A stretch of DNA of 64,000 nucleotides from Monocercomonoides exilis PA203. Taxonomy: Eukaryota > Protista > Preaxostyla. The stretch spans positions 1,116,001-1,180,000 of the forward strand of contig LSRY02000016.1 of assembly GCA_001643675.2 (NCBI GenBank), given 5' to 3'. Below, piece after piece: positions 49,616-63,134 of this stretch. The stretch's first letter is position 1; each line of letters opens with the position of its first letter. The notes below the pieces were generated by a model. The model had not been told where the DNA came from. It saw nothing but the letters and a program-made list of their open reading frames with translations, and did not search any database. The position numbers and the translations under genes are program-made.

Positions 49616-51919
49616 TTAAGCTGAGATATGCGGAGTCTCCTCCGAGTATCATCACACCGCACTATGCGGCTTCTTTCTGGATCCGCATCTCGCGTTCTTC
49701 AGCGGTCTCATTCTCTGTCTTCTCCTCGCGATTCTTCGCGGATTACACCTCTTCTGTCTTCTCGAAAAGTTTCGAGGTTTCAATATCTGCACCTATCTTG
49801 TATTAATGCGCTGTTTCTGACCTTATTATCAGTTCGCAATTTCTCTCAATTTCTTTCTCTTTCCTTTTTTCACAGCAAACTCAGCTTTCTGTTCCCTCAA
49901 ACACTTTCGATCAAAAGCAATTTGTCACTCTATAATAATCTCGCGACAATACACGGCTCTCTTATATCTCTCAGTCCCGTTATATTTCGCGGTTTCACTT
50001 ATGTGATAATTTCTTTTATAATGAGTCGTTTCATTTCTAATTATAAATTAATTATATTTCACTTCTTTTGTTTTGATATTGTTTCGTAATACAGCTTGTC
50101 GATATTTCCTATGCAAAGCCTATCGATTTAGTGAGTTTTCTATCTCTATTGTCATCTCAATGCGAAGCGCGGTTCTCTGCTCTATCTCCTCACATGATCT
50201 CGCGATAAAACGCTGTTTCTCTCTCCTCTCTTGGACTAGCGGCAGAGCGAGAATCTCTTTTCTATCTCTATACTCATGATCTCAAGACTTAACGTAGTTT
50301 TGTTCTATGTGAAAATCTCTTGAATATGCACAGCCTCATTTCTATTGATTATTTTTCAGCGGCAATATAATTATCCTTAGACTTGCGATTTATTAATGAA
50401 TATGTTTTGTTGATGCAATTATCCATATCTTGCGTAACCGCGCTATTCCTGACTCTTATAATCTTCCTTCAATATTTAGCAAATTATCTATTTATCCCTA
50501 TTTCGCTGCAATATGCGGCTTTTTTTCCCTTTTAGTCTGTGTAAATATTTTTCTTTCTTATGTTTTTTCATTCTCTGAAATAAACTCTTGAGTATGCATG
50601 TCTTTATTTTAATTAATTATATCTTAATAAAAAGGAGATTCTTTCTCTATTAAAATCTCTCTGCAATATATTCATATATCTTCTTTAATTCTTGAAATAT
50701 ATAAAGATTTCAAAATTTTTCTACATCTCGCCGCATTTGATGGCTCATTTTCCTAATAAATAAATTAAAAAATATTTTGCAGTTTTATTTTCCTTGAAAA
50801 TACATTGAAATACATATCTTTATTCTATGAAAATGGTTAACGATTTTTCGTGGTTTCAATTTCTGAAATTGTTTCACGGCGTAACGTTGAACTCTGTCCA
50901 ATGATTATCTTTCAATGTTTTGTAGCTTCTATTCTTGTATTGTCTTTTCACTATGCGCGGCTCTCTATTCGTCTTTATTAGCTGTGCATTATCTCATATT
51001 CTGGATGATGTCTAACATGCTCAGATCCTGGAAAGTTCTTCAATAATATTTTCCTCTCTTGCCAGTTTCAGAATTCGATCAAAATCTTTTCCATCACCGT
51101 CTCTGTATTTTGGTAACAGGCTGTTGCTTCATTTTCATTGCGGACAATTTGGATCTTCTTTGAATTCGAGTATTGGAGAAGTTAGATCCTAAACCACCCG
51201 TAAATCGTAATCAATACTCATTATTGAGGAGCAAACCTGCTCCTTGTGTTCGTTGATTCGCTCTATTGCGAATTGAGGAAAAAAGATTTTTTGTGAAATA
51301 AGGGAAGCGAAAGAAGAAGAGATGGAATGAAAAAGGAATTGCTCAATATTTCATATTATTTGTTGGAGAGAAAGAAAGAGATTGAGCTGAATGTTTGATG
51401 GATTTGGAGGATCTTATTTGGCAGGAAAAGGATACAAAAAATTGAAGAAGATGAAGAAGTTGAATCATTTTTAATAATCTTTAAAGGAGATGCTATTAAT
51501 TTTGAAGGATTGTACATTTGTTCTGCTGGAATCTTTATTCTTTTCGAAACATCGAGAATTTTTGAGTCTCCAAAAGATGCATCTTCTTTTTCCTCATACT
51601 TATCTTCGTCCATTTTCTGTTTTTTTGATTTTTGTAATCGTCTCATAGAAGATCGTCGATTCCGGTTTCTCCTTTGATGCTTTATCTTTCTCTCTTTGCA
51701 GCAAGCATTCAAAAACGCACTCTGAGCCTTTCAAAGCAATTCCTTATGAGAGGATTGAAGATTAAGTGAATTCGAAGAAAAAGATGAATTGGCTGCAAGA
51801 GGTGCAGAACTTTTCAATAAAAGTGCATAAGCACGTTAATTATCAAGAAAGTGTTTCATCAATTCCTTCTCTTGTTTGAGAGACGCCACAATCTATGGGT
51901 CAGTCACCACATTTGATCA

Positions 51920-53060
51920 ATGATGTCTTCTTCACAATTCCCTGCGATTGTTGGACTTACGCCGTCTGCTGAGGCTGCAATGCAGAACAGTGGTGCGCAA
52001 AGCCAACCAGGGACCTTGTCACAACCGAACATCTTTTCTTCCGCTTCAATTTTTTCGCCTTCGTTATCGGAAAGTTTAACACACAGGAGGTAACACATTC
52101 GGATGACAGAAAGGAAAATGAAGATGACTTGGAGATATCTCAACGTATTGGTCAGGAGTTTGAGGACATTTTCGGACAAACGCCGAATATTTCAATTTTT
52201 GATCGAAGGTTTTCCCCATGATCCGTCCAAGATGTTGTTGGGGAGTATTCAACACAGGATTTCAGCCCTTTGTTATCTCAAGAACCACCAGTTTCCAAGA
52301 GAACAAAGAACTGGATTAACGACGCGTTAGATCAGGCGGGTTCCAAGGTGGAGATTTTTCTTTTCCAGGCGATTAAAGCTGCGCTCATAGGCTTCGCCGA
52401 GATACCGACTTCAAGTGAAGGTGCAAAACAAAGGCTGGCTGACATCTTGATTTTGGTAACCAAGGCGCTTCAAGATGCACGAACGGTTCGAATTCAAGGC
52501 AGGTTCGGTTTCAGAGCTGCCACATTAATGAGTACAGACGCTTCAACGGGAATCCTCACAGAGAGACAGGAACTGATTCTCAGAGAAGCAAGACAAGAAG
52601 CTAAATTAAAAGGAGGTTTCCAAAGACCAGCATTTCCTCTTACACGAGTTCAGCCTTCTGCAAGAGAACAACCAGATACACTTAAAAGAAGATTTAGTTA
52701 TTTCCTTCCTCGTACTAACCCGCGGTTTTTTCGGAAGTCTCCCCGGTCCTAAGCGCTCGAAAGAAGACAGCAATTCGAAAGAAGGAGGAGCCAGAGCGGT
52801 TGGAGCAGGAGACCAAGGGGGCGTCAACAATTTAAGGTTCAGTTCACAAGGAGACAGAGCAGAGGAGGCAGATAGGAGGAAGAACAGCATTGTTTATCTC
52901 GGCACGGAAGCGAATCGGAGGAGAGAAATTGATAAGCAGAGGAGTGCAGGCCACGTGGAAGAGCAAGCAAGCCAGAAAAGCTCTCAGAAAAACTCAATTC
53001 AGAGACGGAGCGTTGCTTCTCAACCAACAAAAGATCAAGGAATTCAAGAAAATATTAGAA
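51920..53060 (+). pseudogene. gag-like ORF1 of DIRS B, frameshifted
   Basis: Lies between the left ITR and RT; helical ORF at 52270-52752 with a basic tail. Assignment is by position. Confidence 0.5.
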
Positions 53061-53090
53061 GAATAAACACGAACAGGAGTCGTTATCCCG

Positions 53091-54770
53091 ATGGAGCAGG
53101 AGGATGTGAAATACAGAAATAATGTTTTCCTCATTCAAAAGAAGTCAGGCAGCTGGAGACAAATTCTCGATTGTCGGAAACTGAATGCAGCGGTGAAAAG
53201 AACACATTTCAAGTGTGACGGAGAGAAAACAGTGGAACGGCTGATAAGACGGAAGGATTACGCTGTATCCCTAGACTTGGAACAAGCTTATTTCCTAATC
53301 CCAGTCTCAAAAGAACTAATGCCCTATCTTGCTTTCAGATTCATGGGAAAAGACTACTCCTTCAAAGGCATTCCTATCGGCTTTGTAGATGCACAGCGCC
53401 TGTTCACACATATTATGAGGAAGGTGACAGTGGAAATAAGAAGGAGATGGGATGTCAGAGTCATTGCCTATTTGGACGACCTTCTTTTTCTGTATCAAGA
53501 TCAGCAAATCTTGAAGAACATAATACAGGAGATAATCGTATTTTTGGAAAGCCTCGGTCTGCTGATAAACAAGAAGAAGTGCAACCTCATACCGAGTTCG
53601 CAGTTCCGTTTTTTGGGATTCGAATGGAACACAACCAGCTTCGATGTTTGTCTCACGGAGGAGAGAAGAAAGGCAGTGCGAGAGTTGTGTCACAAGTGGG
53701 AGAGAAGGTGCATAAGAGTCAAGACTGTCAGAGTGAAGGACTTAACATCATTCGTAGGAAAGCTCAGTTCTACACGCTTCGTTCTGCCAGACGCATCTTT
53801 GCACCTCCAATCAATCTTCAAATTGTTGCAGAAAGGAGTTTTAACAAACGGATGGGATGGAATGATGAGGCTGAATGCTTCAATCCTCCAGCAGATAAGA
53901 AGAAGGAGATGGACATTGAGGAAGAACACCAGGCGCAGACTAAATCCAGTGTTTATTCCAGAAGCAGTTATAACCATAGATGCATCTGAATGCTCCTGGG
54001 GAGCAACCCTCAGAATAAACAGAATGTCACTAGATTGTCACAGTCGTTTTCCATTCTCCGTGAGAAGCCAATCATCCAACTACAGAGAATTAAAAGCAGT
54101 AGAACTTGCTTTAACTCACTTTGCCTCAATCTTATCAGAAAGTCGGATATCACAGTTACAACTTCGATCAGGCAATTCGGCAGTCGTTTTCAACGTGAAC
54201 AGATGGAATGCAGGAAGGAATCTTCGCCCGACACTCAAAAGGATATGGACATTGAAGGAGAAATTGAAAATAGTCTTGAAAGCAGTTCATCTCCCCGGAT
54301 TGCAGAACACAAGAGCCGATGATTTGCCCCGCCTGGAAAGAGCAGGAGACTACAGTATTACGGACGAAGATCTCTCTCAGATTCTGGAGGTACTTCATGT
54401 TACTCCGACACTGGACACCTTTGCAGCTCAACACAATCACAAGGTCGAGCGTTGATGCGGAATAGGAAGCCCATTGGGAGAAGACGGTCTGACATATCCA
54501 TGGAAGAACGAGTGCGTTCTGGAACACCCCCCAATTCCACTGATTCCAATGACGATTCGGAAGGCACAGAAGGAGAGAGCACCAGTAGTATTACTCCTGC
54601 CGAACTGGAAGGGGCAGAACTGGGATGTGTTATTGGAGAAGACACATCATCGGACATTCGAATGGAGGAGTCTGAGAACAGTGTTGAGAAAGGGGCCATC
54701 AATAACAAACACAGGTGCATGTCTCCCTCCAGGCAGATTGAGAGTCATATTGATCAATCCACCAGAGAGA
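53091..54770 (+). pseudogene. Reverse transcriptase-RNase H-methyltransferase of DIRS B
   Basis: VFLIQKKSGSWRQILDCRKLN, LDLEQAYF, AYLDD, FLGFEW; RNase H DAS..WGA, SSNYREL, HLPGLQNTRAD; MT DTFAA..HPPIPLI..LLLPNWKGQNW. TGA at 54453-54455; RNase H DN is mutated to GN. Confidence 0.9.
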
Positions 54771-55972
54771 AAGGCGAGAGTTGGTGGAAGAGAGCGTTGG
54801 AAGAGAGATCTTTCCCAGTTTCATTGGCAGAGGAGTGTAAATCGGGAATTGCTCAGTCGACTTGGGACGGATATTTATTCGGCTTCGAGCATTTTGGAGA
54901 ACAGTGGGAAAAGAGTGATATGTGCATAATTCCAGAGGATATTCACGAGTGGGCAGCTCGATGTTCCAGTATATTTATTACTCTCAAAGACAATGGATTG
55001 AAACTGTCATGTTTGCAACTCATCCGCTCAACAGTTTCATACTTCACAAGCTTGGTTTTCAACACAAATTTGGGGGATATTCCTATTTTGAAAATATTGT
55101 TCAGAGGGTTTAGAAGAACGGAGATGACAAGAAAGAAGAAGATTCAAGAGATCTGGAATCCGAAGACCATTCTGACATACTTTTCTAATCTTGGAGAAAA
55201 TCAAAGCTTGAGTTTCAAACATCTGACAATGAAAGCCATTGTGCTCACCATGTTATTCACTGCGTGCAGGTTGACAGAGTTGGAATGAGTTGACATGGAA
55301 AGATACAGATTCGAGCAGGAAGGAATATACCTGGACACTAGGCAAAAAACATCACTTAATCGAACAGTGATTTCCGTTCCATTTTTGAATGAAAACTCTT
55401 CTGTTTGCCCAGTTTCGGTCATTCAGGTTTTGTGGGAAGAGATACAGAAAAGAGAACCAGATGGAAAGAAATTGTTTTTAAATACCGAAACATTTCATCC
55501 TCTAACGGTGGAAAAAATCAGACGATTGGCAAAGAAGACGTTAAAGGAAGCAGGAATTCCAAGCCATTTTACTCCTTATTCAATAAAGGCTGCAACACTT
55601 TCAACGCTAACGATGTTTGGAATTCCACCAACTCAGATTTCGAAGTTTGCCCGTCTTTCCCCTAGAACAGACACTTTGGTGAAGCATTATGTGAAGGCCA
55701 ATCTTGCTTCAACTTTGGGGAAAGTGATTGCCTCAACTTTGAGTATTCCCAGTGAAGAGTTAGCAAACAATCCTTGTGCAGAAAATGGTGTCAAGATGTG
55801 CGTCAGACCAGAAAGAGACCAGAAGAACAAAAAGGAGAGACGAGAAATGGAATCTGGGATGGTACTGAGGGATAAGAAGCGCCTGATGAAGCCATGTTTG
55901 AGTGAGGAAGAAGCTAAAAATTCTGTTGAATTCCCTTCTAGAGTAGACGAGCCTGATGAGGAGATGGAGTAA
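54770..55972 (+). pseudogene. Tyrosine recombinase of DIRS B with one internal stop
   Basis: STWDGY, IWNP..IL, KAIVLTMLFTACRLTELE*, CPVS, PYSIKAA, KHY. TGA at 55286-55288. Confidence 0.88.
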
Positions 55973-58900
55973 CAGAAGTCACTTGGAGAACAATTCATTA
56001 TTCGAACAAGATCACAAGCAAAAAAGGAGGAAGAGAGCAACAACGCAAAGAAGACGCACACTGTTGTAGTAATGATGGCTTCATCATCCAACTAATTGAT
56101 TCTCTCAAAAAGAGAAGGAATTGATGAAACACTTTCTTGATAATTAAGGTGCTTATGCACTTGAATTAAGAAAGAAAGGAAAGAATCAATTCCTTCTCTT
56201 TGCCCACCACCGTTTTCACTCCCATCCTTTGAAGTTCTGTTTTCAAAACTGTTCGTGTTTTTTGTAGTTCCTTCTCTTTGCGCCTTTTGGTTTTATAAGC
56301 GCAAAGTGGCTTTCATCCAATTCACCAAAACACACAAACGGGCGACTGACCCAAAGATTGTGGCGTCTCTCAAACAAGAGAACGAATTGATTCTCCACTT
56401 TCTTTTTTAAAGAAGAGCGTGATGATGAAAATGGAATAACCTGATCGTTTAATGAATGATAGAATATAATACTGGATAGTGGTTTAATCCACACATGAGA
56501 AAATTCAATTGTTGAAAAGAGTGAACACATGGAATTTCATGAAAGACATGGAGCGAAAGAAAGAAAAGATGTATCTGGAGAACTCATTGATGATGAAGTC
56601 AGAGTTGAAGAAGGTCGAAAACGATGAATTCGATTAGAAAGAAGAAGAATGGAAAGATGAACCAAGCCGCGGAGATTGAATAATCGATGAATAATAAGTG
56701 GAAGACACAGAATTATGAAACGTTGGAGATTGAACAGAAAATGAAGAGTTGGAATTCTTTGGAATTACACAACGAGAAATAACAGAAGACGAATCTGACT
56801 TTGCCAGAAAACTTGCGAAAGAAGATGAATTGCAAATTCTGTTCTTTGCACCGTTTTCTTCTTTTCCTTGCTCTTTTTCTTCTTCCTTTTTGCCTGTTGA
56901 ACTATTTCGCTTGCCTTTTGTTATTAACATTTCCTTTTTCTCTTGCTCAGCTCTTTGCTCTTCAATATTAATGTTCATTCCCTTTGAAGCTGAGTCCACA
57001 AGTTTTGAATGCTCTTCATCCACAACCCACAAATTATTCAGCATCAACCTCTTCTTCTTCCTCTTCCTCCTCTTCCTCATCCCTTCTTCTTTCATATTCA
57101 AATCCTTCCTTGTTCTCGTTTGCAGCTATCTCTCTCATCTTATTCCATGCATCCTGGTCTGCAGCTTCACACACATGCCACTTTTTTGTCAGCTCACACA
57201 GCCACATTACTTTTCGCAGGTCCTCTGGCTTCGGTGGCAACATTGAAGCAGCTTTCTTTTTCATTGAGGTTGCTTGCTGTTGAGAAGGAACAGGATGCAC
57301 TGGAAACGAATTCCTTGAAATGGAAAGCTGAAGCAACTCATCTGAAATCAATTGTCTCTTTTGAACAATAGCAGTTTCATTCACATTTTCAATAGGAAGA
57401 TTTCCTGTTTGCTCTTTTGGTGAAACCTCTTTTCTGTTTGTTTCTGTCTTTTGTGCTTGTTCTTTCACCTGGTTGACTGTATCCAAAGGATCAAAAGCGA
57501 TTTGCTCAGACGAAGAAAGGTGCAATTTGTTTAAAGTTAAAGTACCATTCCCTCCTTCCATGGCAAGCTGTCGAATAGCAGGAGGAATAGAATCAGAAGA
57601 AGCAGAGGAAAAAACAGGAGATGAAGAAGATGACGAAGAAGACGAAGAAGAAGAAGTTTGCTGAGTTGCGGATTTTTCATTTTCCTTCGTTCGAATAGGA
57701 ATGGACTGAGGTTGAATAGCGGGAGAAGAAGCACCCGAACTTGGTGAAGAGGTTGAAAGAGCTGTTGATTCTGAGTCGATTTTGTGATCCTTTTTGAGAT
57801 GAGCATCCAAAGTCTTCAGGGCCAACAGAAGAAACTGAGTTCTTTCTTCTGCTGTGAGAAATGAAGATGGATGAAGCGAAGAGACAAAACTTGAGGGCGA
57901 GTGGAATGAAAGAGAAGGAACAGAAGATAACGATGGTGAAAGAGAAGACGAAGAAAGAGCAGGCAAGGATAGCGGAGAAAGTGAACCAGGAGCAGCAAGA
58001 TTAGAAGCAGATGGATGAACAGCTTGAGATAAAAGGAAGAGAGATGAAGAGATTCTGAATGAAGGAGAAAATTGAAGTTGGATGTTCATAAACAAGGACG
58101 AAATGACAAGCGAAGAAGTGCAGTTAGAGAGAGGATGAAGAGAAATATTCTCATTTGAAGCAAAATCGGCAGCTGAATCAAAAGGCGCAACCAAATTGAG
58201 GGCAGGGTATTTCTGCATTAGATTCATCTCCATTGAATTCTGCGAAGTGAAGAAAGACACCAACTTTGAGAACGAAAGCGAAGAAGACTGCTTCGACAGA
58301 GCATCTCTTCTTCCAGGAACACTGCTCTGACTGAATGTTCTTATCCCTTTCTCCTTCTGAAACAGCAGAGGCGATCCTTTCCCTACTCCTTTCTATCCCT
58401 TTCTGTGTGTTTCTTCTGTCTCCTCTTCGCAGTTCCGCACAGGTTTTCTTTTGAACGCTCTTCAGCGCTCTCATCAGATCCAACCGCGTTCTTGTCTGTC
58501 TCGCGTCGACTGCTGCAAACATGGGCACTTTTCGCATCTTCTACACAAATTACCCATTTTCCTCGCTTTTGATACGCACATAACGGAAGGGCACATCCTG
58601 TTCATCGCTCAAATCTTCAAAGCCAGAATTCGCTAAATCATTCAGCATGCTGTCCAATTTCCTTTCTCTTGACAAAAGTGGCGTTTGGCTATCTTTTGAC
58701 TCTTGTTGTGCATCGCTTACCGTTTTGTTCTCCTTCTGGTTGATCTGTGTGCCTGTTCCAAGGTGTGGTTGTAGTATTCCTTGGAGTTTTCTTTACAGAT
58801 TTTTGTCTTTTTCCTCTATCTCCTCCTCTCTTTTTCTTCTTTCTCATTCCCATTTTTCGATATTTACTGTTGTTTCTTCATCAGACAAAGCAGTTTTTCT

Positions 58901-60618
58901 CTCTGATCATCAGATTCCAATGAATGAAACGTGATTTTCGCCTCTTCATCGTCTTCTTATCCTTTCTCGTTCTGAAACTCATCTGGCATCGCCCTTGCCA
59001 CTTCTTTGTTCAAATCCTTCACACCCATCACACCTAACGTCACCACTTCTCCTCCAACAACAACAACAGCAGGTGACACTTGCATTGTTGCTGCACCAAC
59101 ATCTCCTCTCCCCATCTCCATCCTCCGTCCATTCGCTTCCCTCGAGTATAATGAATCGTTCCAAAGTCGCCTCTTCCTGAAGAATATTGTTTATGTTGCG
59201 GAGGAGATGAAGGTGAAGGTGGGGGAAATGGAGTTGTTTTTGCTGTGCGAGCGATGAATGAGGCTCTGGTTTTGGCTCATCATTGTTTGTTTCGCCTTTT
59301 TTGTTGTTTTTTATTGATTCTTTGGTGTTTGCATTCTTTTCTTCTTCTGTTTGACTGTCTTTCTTTTGAAGTCTTTCAACACTTTCCTGAGCTTTATTGT
59401 TTTCATTTCCTTTCTTTTTCATCGAAGCACTTTGTCTTGTTTCAGTGTCATTCGCATCATCATCATATGCTCCTTCCTTTTCACTCACATCGCTCTCCAA
59501 ACTATCAGTTGATTCGTCATCTGATAGAATTCCCCCAACATTCACCATATTCTCATAGCTCATCAGCTTCAGAATCTTCTCATCATCTGCATAGTCCTCT
59601 TCAAACTACCATCCATACATTTAGCTTATGCTCCACCAGTCGCAGTCGTCTAACTCTTCCTCTTTTCTTCTGAACACTTTCACTATCTCCTGTATCTTTC
59701 TCCACCCCCTATTATTCTTCATCTTTCTTGTTCTGTCTGCGGAGTTTATCCAGTACTTTATATAGTTCTTTTCTTAACTTTCCAATCTTTCACACAATGC
59801 TTTTGTTCTGTGACAGTTCATATTTCTGATGCACTTCCTAATGAAGAGAATCATTGATAATTTGATAATAATTTCATATTACATATTAAAAGCAATACAA
59901 TAATTGATTTTTGAGTATTTTGTGAATTATTAATAAAAACAAACTTCGTCAAAAATGAAAAACAGTTATCAAATTCACATTGAATAATCTTTCTGTTTGT
60001 TTCATCAAAAATTGTCTATGTGCCAAACAGAATTACCAGTTTCTAAACAAATAGGTCAAAATTCTTATATTAAGGTGAAATAACAAAGATTTGTTCCAAA
60101 CCTTTTATACAGCTTTGTCATTATATGTCAAACGTTTTCGCACATTAAATATATAGAATAACTGCAAAAAAATGAGAAAATCTTCGAAGACAGTGCATGG
60201 GAAACAATTCATTTCACACAACACTTCATCCCAAATAAAAAATATGTAAAAAAACAAATTATTACCTTCTTTTTCCACAAACAAATTTTCAAAAAAAGCA
60301 TCAGACATGTTTATTATCGTTATTTATTCACATTGAGCAAAATAGATCAAGGTATTCTTAATGGTGCCATTAATAATAATTTGTATTTTTTATGATCAAA
60401 AATTTCAAAAATGAATGATATTTTTATATTTTTGTTTTATTTAATTTGTGAATATTATTGCTTTATTAATGCCAACATGTCATCAGAAATTAGTTTAGTA
60501 TTTTTTATTATTTGAATATAGGTGGAAAAAAATAAATATTATTTATTGCTATATTTTATTTTTTTTTTATTAAAAATATTGACAGAAGCTTAAAAATAAT
60601 GTCCAAATAAATTAATAT

Positions 60619-63134
60619 TTATTTACAAAGTTTATAAAAGGTTAATCCTGATTTCCATACTTTTATTGAAAAGTATTTTAAATACTGAAACCATTTATCT
60701 AATGCTGGCAGCGACACAACCTCATCGTCGCATTCAAAGAAAATGCTTTTCTCGTCAATCAAATGCTTTTTATCCTTCACAACAGCAATGAAATGTCCAT
60801 CTTTTAATTTTGATGTTGAATGAATCACAGTTCCACAAACCTGATATTTTGCTGCAATCATATTATTGTCAGAGAAGAATTTCAGTGCAGTTTTTGCTCT
60901 CAAAGGATCAATAAAGCAGATATCAAAAGTGCCATTTCCTTTTTCAGCAACAAACAGTTGAGTTGGAGGGGGATTGACTGATGAAGGTGTCAGATTGTTA
61001 TGAAACACACACAAAACACAGGGAAAAGCATCAAGCCTGATCCATTTCAATTCAATTCTTCCAGTTGAACATTTTCCACATTCTTGTTTCATTTGATCCT
61101 CCTCCTCTTTCACAACAGAAAAATAAGAATTAAAACCTTCAACAATGTCAGCGTTTGATATTGTCTCCTCCAACATTATTCCACTTGGCTTTGAAATCAA
61201 ATGATTACAAGACTGACATTTCATAAACTAATGAGTGTGAAGTTGAAACTTTTTAATAACACCATCATCCTCCTCCGACAATAACTCCAAAAATTTTTCA
61301 TATATTGAAAGAGAACCCTTTGGTTCCAACAATGGTCCAAAATTATCCTCATACATATGAATCATTCTCTTCGTTCCCAAAAAGAATTTCTAAAAATCAC
61401 ACACTCAAACATTGCAGAACCAATTGAAGCGATTGTCAATCTGTTCAGTTCTTTTTGCTCGAAAAGCTCCTACCCGAATCCAGAGATACAAAACATTGAC
61501 ATTATGAACTGAATGAACAAGTTTTTCCCAGATTCCTCAATCCTCTTTTCGACATTTTGTTTTTGAAAACACAAGATCTTGAACCCACATCACCATCAAT
61601 CACATGCATTGATAAACAGTCGATAAATCTCTCAATTGGTGCAAAAATCAGATAAACTGTGTCAATTTTTGAAGGGTTTTTTTGAATTGGATTCCATATC
61701 GTCATCTTCGTTTGAAGATATTTTATTTTTGCTGTGAAAGAGTGTTGCTAACTCTGGCTCATAGGGTGAAAAAGTTGACAAAGTTAACGAGGGAGAGGAA
61801 GGGGAGGAGGAGGAAGAAGAACAAGAACAAGAAGAACAAGAAGAGGAGGAGGAGGAGGAAGAGGAAGGAGAGGAGTGAGATGGAGGAGAAGGAAAAGGAG
61901 AGGATGAAAATAAAGGAGAGGAAGAGGAAGAGGAGGATGAGAGAGAGGAAGGAGAGGAGCAAGATGGAGGAGAAGGAGAAGTGGAAGGGGAAGGAAAAGG
62001 AGAAAGAGAAGAAGACAAAGAGGAAGAGGAAGAGGGGGAAGCAGGAAAGGAAGCAGATGAGGATGAGGATGAAACTGTTGAAGGATGAATATTTAAAGGA
62101 GTTGATGGGAAAGAAGATGGAAATGATGGGGAGGAAGAAGATTTAAATGAAGATGGAGAAGCCATATTCGAAGAATGGAAAGAGGATAAATTTGAAGGAG
62201 AAGGGAAGGATGAGGAAGAAAATGAAGTCGATGGGAATGAGGAGGAGGAAGGAGATGAGAATGATGGGAAAAATGAAGAAGATGATGGAATTGATTTTCC
62301 TGATGGAGGAAAAGCAGAAAACATAAAAGGAGATGGAAAGGAGAGAGGGTTGATTGAGGAAGATGAGGATGATGATAATGTTGAAATTGATGATGATTAT
62401 GAAGATGATTTTGGAGTGTCATTGAGTGAAATGCAATCTTCTGAATCATCCATTTCCATTTCAATTGTTTCAATAATTTCATTTTCTGCTCCAAGATATC
62501 CAAAATATGATTTTGAAGAATCACGTTGAGAAGAACGTTGTTTCCTTTTCATTAACGGTATTCTGTCTGTTGAAATTTCTTTCTTAAGATCGAAAAAGGA
62601 TGCTCGAAAAGGCGCTGGTTTAATGTTTAATCCAAATTCTTGGCTTAGTGTCTGCTGAGAAAATTCTTTCGTAAGAATCAACAGCATTTCACTTTGTAAT
62701 TCATAGGAGAGGCAATTGAAAATATTGCTCAACTCTTTGATAGTTCGTTTCAATGGATTTTCATATTTCAAAATAAAAATAGAAATAATAATAAGTATTT
62801 GTAAATAAAAAAAGAATATATTGAAAAAACATTGTGTAAAGAAAAATAACTTAAATAAAACACAGTTTAAAAAAAGCACGCCATTTGATGTATTCAATAA
62901 ACTTTCGAAAAGTTGCATTCCTACTTGTGTTTGTTGGAAAAACATAAATGAAACCATTTCTGCATGAGCGGGTGACATCTTTTGAAAAAAATTTGTGAGT
63001 TGGGCCATATCCTTCTGCAGGCTTCTAAATTCCAATCCATTATGAACCCTTTTAGCTGACAACATTGTCGATAAACCGATCCAGTCAATGAAATTGCAAA
63101 ATATGGGAATTTTTTGACGAGAAATGGAACTCAT
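60619..63134 (-). pseudogene. Ubiquitin-specific protease (C19/UCH)-like gene with Ser/Pro-rich linker, degenerate
   Basis: Cys box RGLRNLGKTC, CxxC pairs, His box GHFIAVVKD..FECDDEVVS. Stops lie between the boxes. Confidence 0.7.

Larger units (their letters stand above)
46891..51276 (-). mobile_element. DIRS-type retrotransposon A, degenerate and probably internally deleted
   Basis: Left ITR ~51190-51274, right ITR/rE ~46891-46960, ICR ~47552-47649. TTGA at both junctions. YR ORF, methyltransferase-like fragment (ILILPAWRGQTW) and RNase H end (DALSR). Confidence 0.88.
51821..56410 (+). mobile_element. DIRS-type retrotransposon B, near full length
   Basis: Left ITR 51821-51908, ICR 56101-56200, right ITR/rE 56341-56410. 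TAA at both junctions. gag-like, RT/RNase H, MT and YR regions in canonical order. Confidence 0.93.
46420..59830 (-). pseudogene. Ser-rich low-complexity host gene split into three segments (about 59830-56411, 51820-51277, 46890-46420) by two DIRS insertions
   Basis: Removing each DIRS restores a local reading frame (PFSSSRSSL|LKSSAPLAANSS and QKIFFPQ|NNSSPKVN). Other frameshifts and stops remain. Product unknown; outer limits approximate. Confidence 0.55.

Noticed and set aside
54453-55288. In-frame TGA codons as selenocysteine, readthrough or an alternative genetic code
   Set aside because: Host genes end in TAA/TGA, and the same element has frameshifts and catalytic mutations, so simple decay explains them.
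61682-62146. Lys/Arg/Glu-rich plus-strand ORF
   Set aside because: Antisense of the Ser/Pro linker of the minus-strand gene.
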